Of a DNA stretch of 64,000 nt, positions 1 to 10,493 are shown piece by piece. The notes beneath the pieces were generated by a model. That model had not been told where the DNA came from and made no database searches. It worked only from the letters and a program-made list of their open reading frames with translations. This stretch comes from Spirochaetia bacterium (GTDB lineage: Bacteria; Spirochaetota; Spirochaetia; DSM-2461), in contig OY764216.1 in NCBI GenBank assembly GCA_963668315.1, positions 3,136,001-3,200,000 of the forward strand. Reading direction: 5' to 3'. The translations under genes were made by a program, and so were the position numbers. Within the stretch, counting starts at the first letter, position 1, and each line of letters begins with the position of its first letter.

Positions 1-852
1 AAGAAAAGAAGTAGGGTCGAGCCCCGAAAACCAATCTTTGATCCCCATGAACCTAATGAAGTCTGGAGTGCCGATTTCAAAGGTCAGTTCAGATTAAAGA
101 ATGGGGAGATCTGTTATCCCTTGACCATTTGCGATAGCAAAACAAGAATGATTCTGGCTATAAAAGGACTCCGGAAACCCGATTTTGAGGGAACTAAAGC
201 CGCTTTCAGACGTGTATTTAAAGATTATGGACTTCCCAAGCAGTTGCATACAGACAATGGAACACCCTTTGGAAACATCAGAGCAATAGGTCGTTTGACC
301 AGGTTCGGAGCTTGGCTCATGGATCTTGGAATCGAGCCTATTTTCTCGGATCCGGGCCATCCGGAACAGAACGGACGACATGAAAGGATGCATCGTGATC
401 TTAAGTCTGCCGCCTGTCGTAATCCCAGTAAGAATCTGCAATCGCAGCAGGTCCGCTTTAATAGCTTTAAAAAGAATTACAACGAGAATCGTCCCCATGA
501 GTCATTGAATATGAGTACGCCAGCACAGGTTTATAGTAAATCAAAGATAGCCTACAAGGATAAAATTGATGAATGGCTTTATCCGGAAACCTATATGGTA
601 AAGTATATCTGTGGTAACGGAATCATCCGGGTAGGGAAGGACGGAGCAATCTTTGTTGGCTCAGCCTTGAAGGGGAAAAAGGTTGGTTTAGAACCTTTGG
701 GAAATGAAATTTACAGACTCTATTACCGTGATTTTCTTCTTGGATATATAGATTGGAATAATTATAAGGCGTATGATATTAATGACAGAAGCTATGGATC
801 AGAACTGTATACCAAGTCCTAATCTATCTGTAGGGGAAGTCTAGTTTGCACA
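1..852 (+). mobile_element. IS481-family element (type A), 5' part outside window
   Basis: DDE integrase-core ORF open from window start to 822 (WSADFKG, DNGTPF, PEQNGRHER, RPHESL); right end ...GAAGTCTAGTTTGCACA at 852 is mirrored by the remnant ending at 27847. Confidence 0.85.
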
Positions 853-918
853 AAAGGTTTGATTCTTAATGAGAATAGTATTGTTAATCTAAATAATGCT
901 CAACAGAAGGAAAAATTA

Positions 919-3900
919 ATGGAAGAAGAGAAATTATATGTTCTATTGGATACAAATATCTGGATTTATCTTCTTGAAATTAATTCTTCGAATGAAAACT
1001 TTATTACAAACTTCTTCGAATATGTTCGTCAAGATTATATAAAATTATTATTACCAGAGATTATTTTAACTGAATGGGATAGGCATAAGGAGGAGAAGAA
1101 AAAAGAGTTAAGGAAAAATTGGAATAACTTTTTTGTAATGGCTGAAAAAATAATTGATAGGGGTGTTTTAAGCCAATATAAAAAACCTGGAATAATTAGC
1201 CAGAACATTGATTCCCGATTTGAACAAATAGAAGATATAATTAATAACTTTTCAATTAAATTAGAAATTACTGATAGTATTAAAATCAAATCAACGAAAT
1301 TAGCAGAAGAGCATAAAGCACCTTTCCATGGAAAAACAAATAGTATTTGTGATGCTTTCATCTATTTAGCATTTGTAGATTATATTAAAAGTAATGAAAT
1401 CCTGGAAGCATATTTTATTAGCTCAAATACAAGTGATTTCAGTAAGGAAACAAAAAGGGAAAATAAAAAAATAATTCATCCAGATCTAGCAGAGCCTTTT
1501 ACAGAATACAAGGTGAAATACTTTATTGATCACAATGAAGCGCTTTATAGAATAGATGACCATTTTAAGAAAAGAAATATAGTATTAACTCAAGCAAGTG
1601 ATAGAAGAGTTGTCTCTTTCATTAGTTCTGAAGCTGAGGAAGAAATTGCAGATCTACCAGATATTTATCTTGAAAACATTGCTCATCTAGATTTGATAAT
1701 AAAAAAAGATACTCCAACAAAACAAGAAACGATATTTGCATTCACATTAATAGAAAGTAGTGATCATTATAAAAACTATTTCCTTAATAGAATTGATTCA
1801 TATTCATGGTTAGAACTTCTAAAAAAGAGAGGGTATTTAGAGCCTAATAAGAATCCTGATCTGATTGAAACAGAGAAAGGTTTTCAAACTCCTTTTTGGA
1901 CAATACTATCATATTTAGAAAAAATATCGAGAAAAGCAAAAGACGAAAATGATTTAGATATATTTGAAGCATTATTGGAATTTGTACTTAGCATATTTCA
2001 GAACCCAAAAGATAATTACCATACTTGGACTAGTCTAATTCGGATAATCTCAGACCTCCCAAACGAAAAAGTTCCTAAAGAATTATTAAGAAAAATAGAA
2101 ATATGCTTTTCTGGTAAATTTGATCCATTAACACAATCCTCTGATTTCATGGATCGATTATTACCTAAATTTTTGAAAAACGTATCTACTGTTGATGATG
2201 TTGAAAAGGCTGGAATACTAATTGATCTAATGCTATCTCTTAAGAAGAGAGATTTTGTTGAGTCTGAGAACACATTTATTACTCCCAAATATTATGTATC
2301 ATATATTGATTTATATTATTTGAATGAGTTCCTAAAAAGTGATTTATTCTGTTTAGTTGCAAGATTGGATATAGAAGAAATCATTGTAAATGCATGTTTA
2401 AATATTAAAAAAATACTCCTTAATTATGATATTGAGAAAGATATCATATTTAACTCAGAAGATAGCAATATAAAAATCACATATACTGAAGATGACTTAA
2501 AATTATTCTTTATAAAAGAAGATAGACAAATTATTATTGAAAGATATAACTCCTTGAAAGAAGAAGAAATAAGGCAAGTACTGTGCAGAGAACTAGAAGA
2601 AGAATTATTGACATTTGAATTAGATAGTTTAGTCGATTTAATATTTGATGAGAATTCATGGATTTGGTTAAATTCTATGTTTGATAGGACAGATGATTCC
2701 TATATTGAAAGAGATTCTAAGGAATTCATTACTATGTCAATTCTTAAGATAATTGATTTAGCTATACTTGATCGTTCGGAGATAGTTATTCAGATTATAG
2801 AAAAGCTATTTACCGAACCACAATTTAATTATCCATATTTTAAAAATATTGGTTTCTACGTTATTGGAAAATATTGGGTCGAGCATTTTAATACTGTATT
2901 TTGGTATGTTATAGGCGAAGGCGATCCTCAAAACTACTTTACTAAAGATGCATATCGACATGTCATATATAATGTTATTTCTAAAAATAATAATATTTTA
3001 TCAACAGTTGATAAAGAAAGAATTAACAAAATTATTAGCCAAGGACCTAAATCGATTTTAAAAGATTTTCCAGAAGATTATACAGAAAGATGGGAAAAAT
3101 TTTGGAAATCTTCTCTTGATATTAAACCTGATACTGATGATGAAAATAGTAGTATTTTGGGCGGATTTAGAACTATTGGAGAGATCTCTCCATACGCTAT
3201 CGAAGATTTACTCGTATTAAGCAATATGGAAATAGTGCAAAGAGTAATTGATTTTAAACAAGAATCTCATTTTGAAGGGCCATCAACAAGTGGATTAATG
3301 AAAACACTTGAAACTCTAAGTAGTAATTATCCCGAGAAGATGTCAAAAGATATGAATGTTTTTTACAATCTTCCATATCTATATTTTTATGGAATCTTAT
3401 CGGGCTTACGAAAAGCTTGGGAAGAAAAAAAGATGATTAACTGGAATAATGTTTTTTCTTTTATCAACCAGTATTTATCAAGTGAGCGATTGAGGAGTAA
3501 TGAATTTATAATTGAAGGTGATTTATGGAATTGTGATAATAATTGGATAATAGGTGCAATCGCAGAATTAATCCAAAGCGGTACAGCAAAAGATGATAAT
3601 TCTATTCCTTTAGAGAATGTTAATGATGCAGTTACAATTCTAAGAAATTTAATTTCATATATCCCTAAAGATCAAGAAATAGATCCAAACTATCGAGATT
3701 GGCCAAGTTATTCTCTAAATTCAACGGCTGGCAAAGTAATCCATGCAATGGTTAATACTGCATTGTTTATTGGAAGGAATCAATTAAAAGATCATGATAT
3801 TAAATGGGAGGATAATACTAAAACTCTGTTTGATATTGTCAGGACCAAAGGTGTTGTTGATTTTTATATAATTACTGGACAATACATCAACCAATTTTAT

Positions 3901-4695
3901 TATTTAGACAAAGTATGGATCTTAGATTTACTAAAAGATTATGAGCAAATTGATGATAAGTATTGGTGGCCTTTTATTAAAGGATTGAGTTATACAAATG
4001 TTAGAAAAATTCAGGAGTTGTTCTTAGGGATTAAACCACATATTAGAAAGTATGTTGAGTTGAGATTTGATTCTGAAACGAACATTACGAAACGAATACC
4101 AGAATCTATTATCCTGTATTACTTGTGGGGATTTATTGATTTTGAAAATGAAATGATTATGAATCCTTTTCTCGAAACTATAAATAGCGTTGAAGTAAAT
4201 GATATTAGTCATTGGCTAACTAATCAAAAAGATTCAATTAGAAATATTTCTGATGAAGAAGAAAGAGAGTCTATATATAGCAAAATATTTAAATTGTGGA
4301 ACTATTTAATAGAGAAAAAAATAGCCAATACTCAAAGTAATCTATTAGCGTATATTTGCTTTGTTGAAGAATTTACACCATTTCATTTTGATCTAATTAT
4401 AAGATCAATAGATGAACTTTCTATCTTCAATTATCAGACTAGGACTTTTTTTAATGAGTTAAATAGATTAAAGGAAATTGGAAATAAGAATCAAAACGCA
4501 GATTACATCGGGCAAATCTTTGAGAAATTAATATCAGGAGAATCAGATGGATTCATGTATAATGAGATTAATGAATTAATTGAGTTCTTATACTTAAATA
4601 ATCAAAAAGGTATTGCTGATAAAGTTAGCAATGAATGTGCAAAAGTAGGAAATTTTAAATTAAGAGAATTATACGACAAATACAATAGACAATAA
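919..4695 (+). CDS. Large protein: N-terminal PIN-like (DUF4935-type) nuclease domain plus long helical region
   Basis: YVLLDTNIW, EIILTEWDRH, APFH..SICDAFI, FISSNTSDFS motifs; ATG at 919 has AGAAGGA upstream (ORF open from 859). Confidence 0.7.
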   Translation: MEEEKLYVLLDTNIWIYLLEINSSNENFITNFFEYVRQDYIKLLLPEIILTEWDRHKEEKKKELRKNWNNFFVMAEKIIDRGVLSQYKKPGIISQNIDSRFEQIEDIINNFSIKLEITDSIKIKSTKLAEEHKAPFHGKTNSICDAFIYLAFVDYIKSNEILEAYFISSNTSDFSKETKRENKKIIHPDLAEPFTEYKVKYFIDHNEALYRIDDHFKKRNIVLTQASDRRVVSFISSEAEEEIADLPDIYLENIAHLDLIIKKDTPTKQETIFAFTLIESSDHYKNYFLNRIDSYSWLELLKKRGYLEPNKNPDLIETEKGFQTPFWTILSYLEKISRKAKDENDLDIFEALLEFVLSIFQNPKDNYHTWTSLIRIISDLPNEKVPKELLRKIEICFSGKFDPLTQSSDFMDRLLPKFLKNVSTVDDVEKAGILIDLMLSLKKRDFVESENTFITPKYYVSYIDLYYLNEFLKSDLFCLVARLDIEEIIVNACLNIKKILLNYDIEKDIIFNSEDSNIKITYTEDDLKLFFIKEDRQIIIERYNSLKEEEIRQVLCRELEEELLTFELDSLVDLIFDENSWIWLNSMFDRTDDSYIERDSKEFITMSILKIIDLAILDRSEIVIQIIEKLFTEPQFNYPYFKNIGFYVIGKYWVEHFNTVFWYVIGEGDPQNYFTKDAYRHVIYNVISKNNNILSTVDKERINKIISQGPKSILKDFPEDYTERWEKFWKSSLDIKPDTDDENSSILGGFRTIGEISPYAIEDLLVLSNMEIVQRVIDFKQESHFEGPSTSGLMKTLETLSSNYPEKMSKDMNVFYNLPYLYFYGILSGLRKAWEEKKMINWNNVFSFINQYLSSERLRSNEFIIEGDLWNCDNNWIIGAIAELIQSGTAKDDNSIPLENVNDAVTILRNLISYIPKDQEIDPNYRDWPSYSLNSTAGKVIHAMVNTALFIGRNQLKDHDIKWEDNTKTLFDIVRTKGVVDFYIITGQYINQFYYLDKVWILDLLKDYEQIDDKYWWPFIKGLSYTNVRKIQELFLGIKPHIRKYVELRFDSETNITKRIPESIILYYLWGFIDFENEMIMNPFLETINSVEVNDISHWLTNQKDSIRNISDEEERESIYSKIFKLWNYLIEKKIANTQSNLLAYICFVEEFTPFHFDLIIRSIDELSIFNYQTRTFFNELNRLKEIGNKNQNADYIGQIFEKLISGESDGFMYNEINELIEFLYLNNQKGIADKVSNECAKVGNFKLRELYDKYNRQ

Positions 4696-4702
4696 ATATG
4701 AA

Positions 4703-4837
4703 AGATAACAAAGCCATGCAACAGAACCAATTTTTGTCATGCTTTTTGCCTTCGGCCGTTCAGTCACTGACCGTTCCTTCACTCAAAAAGCACGCCAACC
4801 CTTCGGGACAATTGGTCAGCTGATGGCGGCGTTATAT
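4703..4837 (+). repeat. attC site 1
   Basis: AGATAAC...GCCATGCAAC / GCTGATGGC GGC GTTATAT; internal TGTCATG..CACGCCA and CCCTTCGGG hairpin. Confidence 0.85.
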
Positions 4838-4865
4838 GGATTAAAGGAAAGATATATAGTGTAAC

Positions 4866-6188
4866 ATGAATACAGTAGAGGTAGGAAACAAGTTCGAAGA
4901 TAAGATCTTTGAAAAATTTAATATCTTACTCGAAAATGATGAACTCTTTATTAATAAGAAATTTTCTAAACTTATACGAAAACCAAGATATCATTCTATT
5001 CATCGAGAGGCCGAAATTGAATTTGATATCTCCATAGAAACAGAAAATATTTCATTGAATCAAAAATCACTAATAACAATAATTGAATGTAAAAAGTATT
5101 CTAATTCTAAAGTTCCTATCGATGATATAGAAGAATTTTCTAATAAACTTAAACAAGTTGGTGCTCATAAGGGAATTGTATGTACAACAAAGGGATTTCA
5201 GAAGAGCTGTATACCTTTTGCACGAAATAATGGAATTGCGCTTGCTCGTATTTCTCCCACTGATGAAATAATATGGGATCTGTGTCGAATGCAGAATAAG
5301 CAAATTAAATCATCAGATATTGAATCAAGAATTATTAACACTCTTACTGATGATGAAGTTAAGATTCCTGAAGGTTTTTTCTGTTACATAGATAACTATA
5401 AATACTCATATTCAATACTTAGTTTATTGGAAAGCATCGGTTATCAAATAAAAGAAGATCATTCAAATTTACTTAAACTTAAAATAACTCCGCCATTTAT
5501 AACAGAGAATGAAATCCATGAACAGATATTAGATCTATTCAAAGATAATCAGTGTCAATATAACCCTTATAATTACTTAAAAGAATATGACAAATTGATG
5601 GAGAAATTAGTTCATGATTTAAACATCACGTCTAATTGTGATTTAGGAATTGATAGAAATTGTAATCCTGTAATTGGAAAAATATCACAAGGTAATATCT
5701 ATATTTCGAGTAAGATAAATTACAATGATGGTAGGTTGCATTTTACTTTAAATCATGAATTAGCTCATAAATTATTTCATATGAATCAACCATGGTTTGA
5801 ACAGTATTCAAAAAAGCATCTTGATGTAGATTTAGAAAATCAAAATCTAAATTTAAAACCTGAATCAATAAGAAAAGTAGAATTTCAAGCAAATAAGTTC
5901 GCTGCAAATATTTTATTACCCGATGAAGTTTTACATTCAATAATGGATGAAATTATAAAGAAAGAAAAATTAATTGATAAAGGATTTGGATTAATATACG
6001 TTGATCATCAGAATGCAAATCGAAAACATCTGAATAAAATAGTTAGTATGATTAGGCAGAAGACAAGGGCTTCCAAATATGTAATTGAAATAAAACTAGA
6101 AAGGCTTGGATATTTAAAAAATAGGTCCAAAAAAAGAAATGCGTTGAATACCATAATAAAAAACATTGAATCAAAATATACCATATAA
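4866..6188 (+). CDS. Mrr-like restriction endonuclease domain fused to ImmA/IrrE (M78) metallopeptidase
   Basis: GNKFE..EFDISIE..IIECKKY (PD-(D/E)xK); FTLNHELAH and VEFQANKFAANILLP (IrrE/ImmA signature). Confidence 0.8.
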   Translation: MNTVEVGNKFEDKIFEKFNILLENDELFINKKFSKLIRKPRYHSIHREAEIEFDISIETENISLNQKSLITIIECKKYSNSKVPIDDIEEFSNKLKQVGAHKGIVCTTKGFQKSCIPFARNNGIALARISPTDEIIWDLCRMQNKQIKSSDIESRIINTLTDDEVKIPEGFFCYIDNYKYSYSILSLLESIGYQIKEDHSNLLKLKITPPFITENEIHEQILDLFKDNQCQYNPYNYLKEYDKLMEKLVHDLNITSNCDLGIDRNCNPVIGKISQGNIYISSKINYNDGRLHFTLNHELAHKLFHMNQPWFEQYSKKHLDVDLENQNLNLKPESIRKVEFQANKFAANILLPDEVLHSIMDEIIKKEKLIDKGFGLIYVDHQNANRKHLNKIVSMIRQKTRASKYVIEIKLERLGYLKNRSKKRNALNTIIKNIESKYTI

Positions 6189-6283
6189 CAAAGTTTTGAA
6201 CATTGATTCGCCTACTGTCATAGAAGCTGCTTACGCACCTTCTACGCCAGCTTTACGGCTCACAAGTTAAAACGGCGTTATAG
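6183..6283 (+). repeat. attC site 2
   Basis: ATATAAC AAA GTTTTGAAC ... GTTAAAAC GGC GTTATAG. Confidence 0.88.
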
Positions 6284-6342
6284 TGACAAAACCTAGAAAA
6301 TTAACATATTTACAAATATTATAGAAAAAAAACTCAAAGAAA

Positions 6343-6371
6343 TTGATTAATTGTAATACTATAGTTATACT
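6343..6371 (+). promoter_or_regulatory. Sigma70-type promoter of TA operon, likely leaderless
   Basis: TTGATT-17 bp-TATACT, 6 nt before ATG, no SD; overlapping GTAATAC-TATA-GTTATAC imperfect palindrome. Confidence 0.6.
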
Positions 6372-6377
6372 TTAGAT

Positions 6378-6620
6378 ATGAAAACTGCAATATCAATTCC
6401 AGATCAATTATTCAATGATGCTGAAGTAACTGCAAAACAGTTAGGTCTAGCTAGAAGTCAACTCTATGTAAAAGCCATAAAAGAATATATTGAACATCAT
6501 AACAAAGATAAAATTACCGAGAAATTGAATGAACTTTATTCAATACAGGTGAATGATAATGAAATCTTAGATATTGGTGTTGAACAATTAAGAAAGGCTA
6601 CAGAAAATGATACGTGGTGA
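6378..6620 (+). CDS. Ribbon-helix-helix antitoxin (ChpI/MazE-like)
   Basis: MKTAISIPDQLF..A..LGLARSQLYVKAI; overlaps downstream toxin gene. Confidence 0.85.
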   Translation: MKTAISIPDQLFNDAEVTAKQLGLARSQLYVKAIKEYIEHHNKDKITEKLNELYSIQVNDNEILDIGVEQLRKATENDTW

Positions 6621-6948
6621 AATATGGTGGGTTGATTTAGGAATCCCATTTGGAAGTGAACCTGGTTACAAAAGACCTGTTTTGATAATACAAGATGATT
6701 CTTTTAACAAAAGCAAAATACAAACAGTAATTGTTGCCTCGATAACATCAAATATAAATTTAGCTGATGCTCCAGGCAATATTTATTTAGAAAAAGAGGA
6801 ATCAAAATTATCAAAAGATAGTGTAATAAACATTTCACAAATAACAACATTGGATAGACAACGATTATTAGAGAAAGTTTCCATACTTTCACAAACTACG
6901 ATGAATGAAGTTGATTATGGTTTAAGACTTATTTTCAATTTACAATAA
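6607..6948 (+). CDS. mazF: PemK/MazF family endoribonuclease toxin
   Basis: RGEIWWVDL..GSEPGYKRPVLIIQDD..SVINISQITTLDRQRL. Confidence 0.92.
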   Translation: MIRGEIWWVDLGIPFGSEPGYKRPVLIIQDDSFNKSKIQTVIVASITSNINLADAPGNIYLEKEESKLSKDSVINISQITTLDRQRLLEKVSILSQTTMNEVDYGLRLIFNLQ

Positions 6949-7139
6949 GAAATAAGAAATAAGAAATAAGAAATAAGAAATAAGAAATAAGAAATAAGAA
7001 ATAAGAAATAAGAAATAAGAAATAAGAAATAAGAAATAAGAAATAAGAAATAAGAAATAAGAAATAAGAAATAAGAAATAAGAAATAAGAAATAAGAAAT
7101 AAGAAATAAGAAATAAGAAATAAGAAATAAGAAATAAGA
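6944..7139 (+). repeat. Perfect tandem repeat (AATAAGA)x28
   Basis: 196 bp = 28 units; first unit contains the mazF stop codon. Confidence 0.95.
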
Positions 7140-7322
7140 AAATTTCCGCCAGAATTTGAGAAAAGCAATAAATAAGAATTATTTCTCTTTCTATAAAGAA
7201 TAACCCATTGTAAAATAAAAAGAGCACTATAACAAACGTTTGAACTTGATTCGCCTACTGTCATATGATGAGCCCTCGTGTCAAACCACTTTTTCAAAAT
7301 TAATAAGTGGAATCCTCCGATA

Positions 7323-8156
7323 TCAAGCTGCCTGATCCTTCCCAATCTGGAAGGACTCATAAACATCATCAGGAGTTAAATAACCAAGCCCCTGATGAAA
7401 TCTTTTCCCGTTGTAGAAGCGAAAGTATTTCTGTATCCCTTTCTTCAACTCCCGGACATTCTCATAGGATCGGAGATAGATATCCTCGTATTTTAAACTA
7501 CGCCAAAGACGTTCCACATAGATGTTGTCACGCCAGCTTCCCTGACCATCCATACTGATTCTGACTCCCGCTTCCTGGAGCGGTTTCAAAAAAGCATATG
7601 AAGTAAATTGACACCCCTGATCCGTATTAAAGATCGCCGGCGTTCCATATTTATCCATAGCTTCCTTTACGGCGGCGATACAGAACTCAGAATCCAAAGT
7701 AGTAGAGATCTTCCAGGTTAATACCTTACGGCTCCAGACGTCCATTATGGCTACAAGGTAGGCAAATCCCTTATCCATTTTAAGATAGGTGATATCAGTG
7801 GCCCAAACCTGATTGGGATAGCGGATTCTTTTTCCCTTTAAAAGATAAGGATAGATGGGATTCTGCTTATTGGGGATAGAGGTAAATTTTCTGGGAGAAA
7901 TAGCCCGTAAGCCTAATTCTCTCATAAGACGGCGAACTCGCTTTCTGCTTGTATTATAGCCTTCTGAATTCAATTCCTCAGCCATTTTTCGATAACCATA
8001 GAATGGGATCTGAATGAAAAGTTCTTTAAGGCGAATCTTCTCTTCTATATCTTTCCGATCTTCCGGTTTGGGATCATAGTAATAAGCCGTCCTGCTGACA
8101 TTGAGAATTTTACATTGCTTCCGGACAGACAATTTCCTATGATCCGGCTCTATCAT
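7323..8156 (-). CDS. IS3 transposase OrfB
   Basis: [36 protein letters not shown]. Confidence 0.93.
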   Translation of the reverse strand: MIEPDHRKLSVRKQCKILNVSRTAYYYDPKPEDRKDIEEKIRLKELFIQIPFYGYRKMAEELNSEGYNTSRKRVRRLMRELGLRAISPRKFTSIPNKQNPIYPYLLKGKRIRYPNQVWATDITYLKMDKGFAYLVAIMDVWSRKVLTWKISTTLDSEFCIAAVKEAMDKYGTPAIFNTDQGCQFTSYAFLKPLQEAGVRISMDGQGSWRDNIYVERLWRSLKYEDIYLRSYENVRELKKGIQKYFRFYNGKRFHQGLGYLTPDDVYESFQIGKDQAA

Positions 8157-8455
8157 TTGTAATCCTTCCCGTATAGTTGTTTGTACTTTTTTTTTAGAAA
8201 TTCGTTCACATAATTAGCTTCACCCAGCTGCTTGAAAAGTTCCTGCTCTTTTTTCTTCATTTCTTCCAGTTCTTTGTCTTTTTTATTCTTTCGGACAAAG
8301 AGGGAACTGGCATTTTCCATAAGCTGTTTTTTCCACATACTGATCTGGTTCGGATGTACTTCATATTCCTCAGCCAGTTCCTGAAGAGTTTTTTCTTCCT
8401 TTAACGCTTCCAGTGCTACTTTCGCTTTGAACTCTTCATCGAATTTTCTCTTCAT
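8153..8455 (-). CDS. IS3 transposase OrfA
   Basis: [37 protein letters not shown]. Confidence 0.92.
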   Translation of the reverse strand: MKRKFDEEFKAKVALEALKEEKTLQELAEEYEVHPNQISMWKKQLMENASSLFVRKNKKDKELEEMKKKEQELFKQLGEANYVNEFLKKKYKQLYGKDYK

Positions 8456-8686
8456 TGATTTTCTCCCTTTTCATATTATCATGAATCGGGAATTCCAACT
8501 TAAATATTTAAAGTACTGGTTTACCCTGTGGGCTCAGCATATCATGCTTTTTGCTTTCGCAAAAAACACGCCAGCTAACGGCTCACAAGTTAAACGGGCG
8601 TTATGTTGAAATAAGCGTCTGTTTAATATAGGGTATTAATAAATCTGTTCCAAAATAGATAAAATGGGGAAAGGAATGAGAAAAAT

Positions 8687-9700
8687 ATGTCAATAAAGGA
8701 CAAAATTGATACGTTCTGTATTCGCCAAAATTTTTCCGGTGTAATCTCAGTTTTTAAAGAAAATGAAGTTATATATAATAATGCTTTTGGATTGCGTGAA
8801 AGATCAAATAATCTTGAAAACAATGTTGAAACAATATTTGGAATTGCCTCAGGAACCAAAACATTTACTGCTATCGGAATAATAAAATTGATCGAAGAAG
8901 GAATAATTGATTATTCAACAACCATTGATGAAATATTTAATGAAAATCTATCCTTTATTCACTCCAAGGCAACAATAGAACAACTTCTTTGTCATACATC
9001 AGGAATCTTTGACTATTATGATGAGGAAGAAATAATTGATTTTGATAATTTTGAAGTATCAATCCCATGGTTTAAACTCGAAACACCTTATGATTATTAT
9101 CCGTTATTCGAATCTCAGAAATATAAATTCGAACCCGGATTGCGATTTTCATATTCTAATGGTGGATATATTTTTCTAGGAATAATTATTGAAAAATTAT
9201 CAAAGATGAAATTTCGGGATTTTATATGGAAAAACATTCTTGAGCCAGTTGGAATGAAGTCATCAGGATTTTATGCATTCAATAATCTTCCAGAAAATGT
9301 TGCTGTTGGTTATATAAAAGATAATAATGATTATTTATCAAACATCTATAAGTTACCTATTCGTGGAGCTAGTGATGGGGGAATGTACACAAATACTAAA
9401 GATTTAAAATTATTCTGGAAAAATCTATTTACGAATAAGATCATTAAAGAAGAAAATTTGATAAAAATGATTCATAACCAAAGAGAAAATTCAAAGAAAT
9501 CAGGTTACGGTTTAGGAATTTATACATCCATTTTTAATGATGAAACGTGTTATTCAGCAGAAGGGTGTGATGCTGGAGTTGGATTTAATTCAACATATAT
9601 CCCTTCCAAGAAAATAATAATAAATATTTTATCAAATATGACGGAAGGTGATGATGGAATGATAAAAATAATTGAAAATGAATTAGAAAGCGCTGTATAG
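8687..9700 (+). CDS. Serine hydrolase, beta-lactamase/AmpC-like family
   Basis: SxxK (ASGTK), LLCHTSG, YSN motifs; no signal peptide. Confidence 0.85.
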   Translation: MSIKDKIDTFCIRQNFSGVISVFKENEVIYNNAFGLRERSNNLENNVETIFGIASGTKTFTAIGIIKLIEEGIIDYSTTIDEIFNENLSFIHSKATIEQLLCHTSGIFDYYDEEEIIDFDNFEVSIPWFKLETPYDYYPLFESQKYKFEPGLRFSYSNGGYIFLGIIIEKLSKMKFRDFIWKNILEPVGMKSSGFYAFNNLPENVAVGYIKDNNDYLSNIYKLPIRGASDGGMYTNTKDLKLFWKNLFTNKIIKEENLIKMIHNQRENSKKSGYGLGIYTSIFNDETCYSAEGCDAGVGFNSTYIPSKKIIINILSNMTEGDDGMIKIIENELESAV

Positions 9701-9775
9701 ATTAAATTTATATATATTTGATTTTTAAAATATTGTCCCCAAAAAAACAATAAAGAAAAAAGGCCACTTAATAAA

Positions 9776-10186
9776 ATGAGTAAAGTAATTTTAAAAACAA
9801 AAGGATATGTAAAGACTGGAATTGGTGACTTTTCAAAGAAGATGGAATCAATTTCCGGATTATTGGACCTATATTATACTAAAACAAAAATGAGATTTTA
9901 TCCTGGAACACTCAACATTAATATCAAAAAAGATTTTTCCTTTCCTGATAAATGTATCAGGATAGAAGGGTATGAATATGGAGGCTCAGTATCCATCAAT
10001 ATTTTACCGTGTAAGATTAATGGTGTTGATGCCTTTATATTAAGAACTGATAATAATGAAAAAGGGTTGAATAAGAATCATCCGAAATCCTTATTGGAAA
10101 TAGCTTGTAAATATAAATTAAGAGAAAAATTAAATCTATTTGATGATGATCAAGTAGAAATTGAGATATTTGCTCTAGAAATATAA
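9776..10186 (+). CDS. CTP-dependent riboflavin kinase-like (DUF120) protein
   Basis: G.V.TG.G, FYPGTLNI, LLEIA..KLREKLNL.DDDQVEI. Confidence 0.75.
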   Translation: MSKVILKTKGYVKTGIGDFSKKMESISGLLDLYYTKTKMRFYPGTLNINIKKDFSFPDKCIRIEGYEYGGSVSINILPCKINGVDAFILRTDNNEKGLNKNHPKSLLEIACKYKLREKLNLFDDDQVEIEIFALEI

Positions 10187-10237
10187 TACAATAAAGAAAA
10201 ACCGAAATATTTGAATTACATGGTATAATAAACCACA

Positions 10238-10334
10238 ACATAACAATGAATTGGAGCCGAATTACCTATGTCACATTTCTTGCATTCGCAAGAAATCCGC
10301 CATGAACGGTAATCAGCTCAATTCGGCGTTAAAT
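10238..10334 (+). repeat. attC site 4
   Basis: ACATAAC AAT GAATTGGAGC ... GCTCAATTC GGC GTTAAAT. Confidence 0.85.
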
Positions 10335-10493
10335 GTACAAAAGGTATGATGCAATAAAATTTAAACTCAAAATTGTAAAAAAGGTTTAAAATAAGTGGAA
10401 AAAATCGCCTGGATTTTCGGCTGGTGGGCGTTATGAATATAATAATAATGAATAAGATTGGAATATAAAAAGTAAAGAGGAGAATCTAAAGAT

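Larger units (their letters stand above)
7264..8541 (-). mobile_element. IS3-family element, copy 1 (1278 bp)
   Basis: IRs TATGATGAGCCC / GGGCTCAGCATA; 3-bp TSD TCA; orfA+orfB. Confidence 0.93.
7227..8606 (+). repeat. attC site 3, split by IS3
   Basis: CTATAAC..CCTACTGTCA [IS3] TCATGCTTTTTG..GTTAAACGGGCGTTATGT; intact homologue at 17511-17609. Confidence 0.85.

Noticed and set aside
6935..7369. Minus-strand ORFs with (FLISYFL)n, also at 17282-17665
   Set aside because: Simply the stop-free antisense reading of the (AATAAGA)n tract; their starts differ between copies and run through attC/IS sequence
8687..9700. Clinical beta-lactamase resistance cassette
   Set aside because: Only generic serine-hydrolase motifs and no signal peptide; activity cannot be inferred
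10405..10436. GGGCGTTATGA resembling an attC right end (and CTGGATTTTC/GAAAATCCAG flanking the HAD gene)
   Set aside because: No matching AAC/L box upstream; the cassette is already closed by GTTAAATGT/ACATTTAAC; a 10-bp match may be chance
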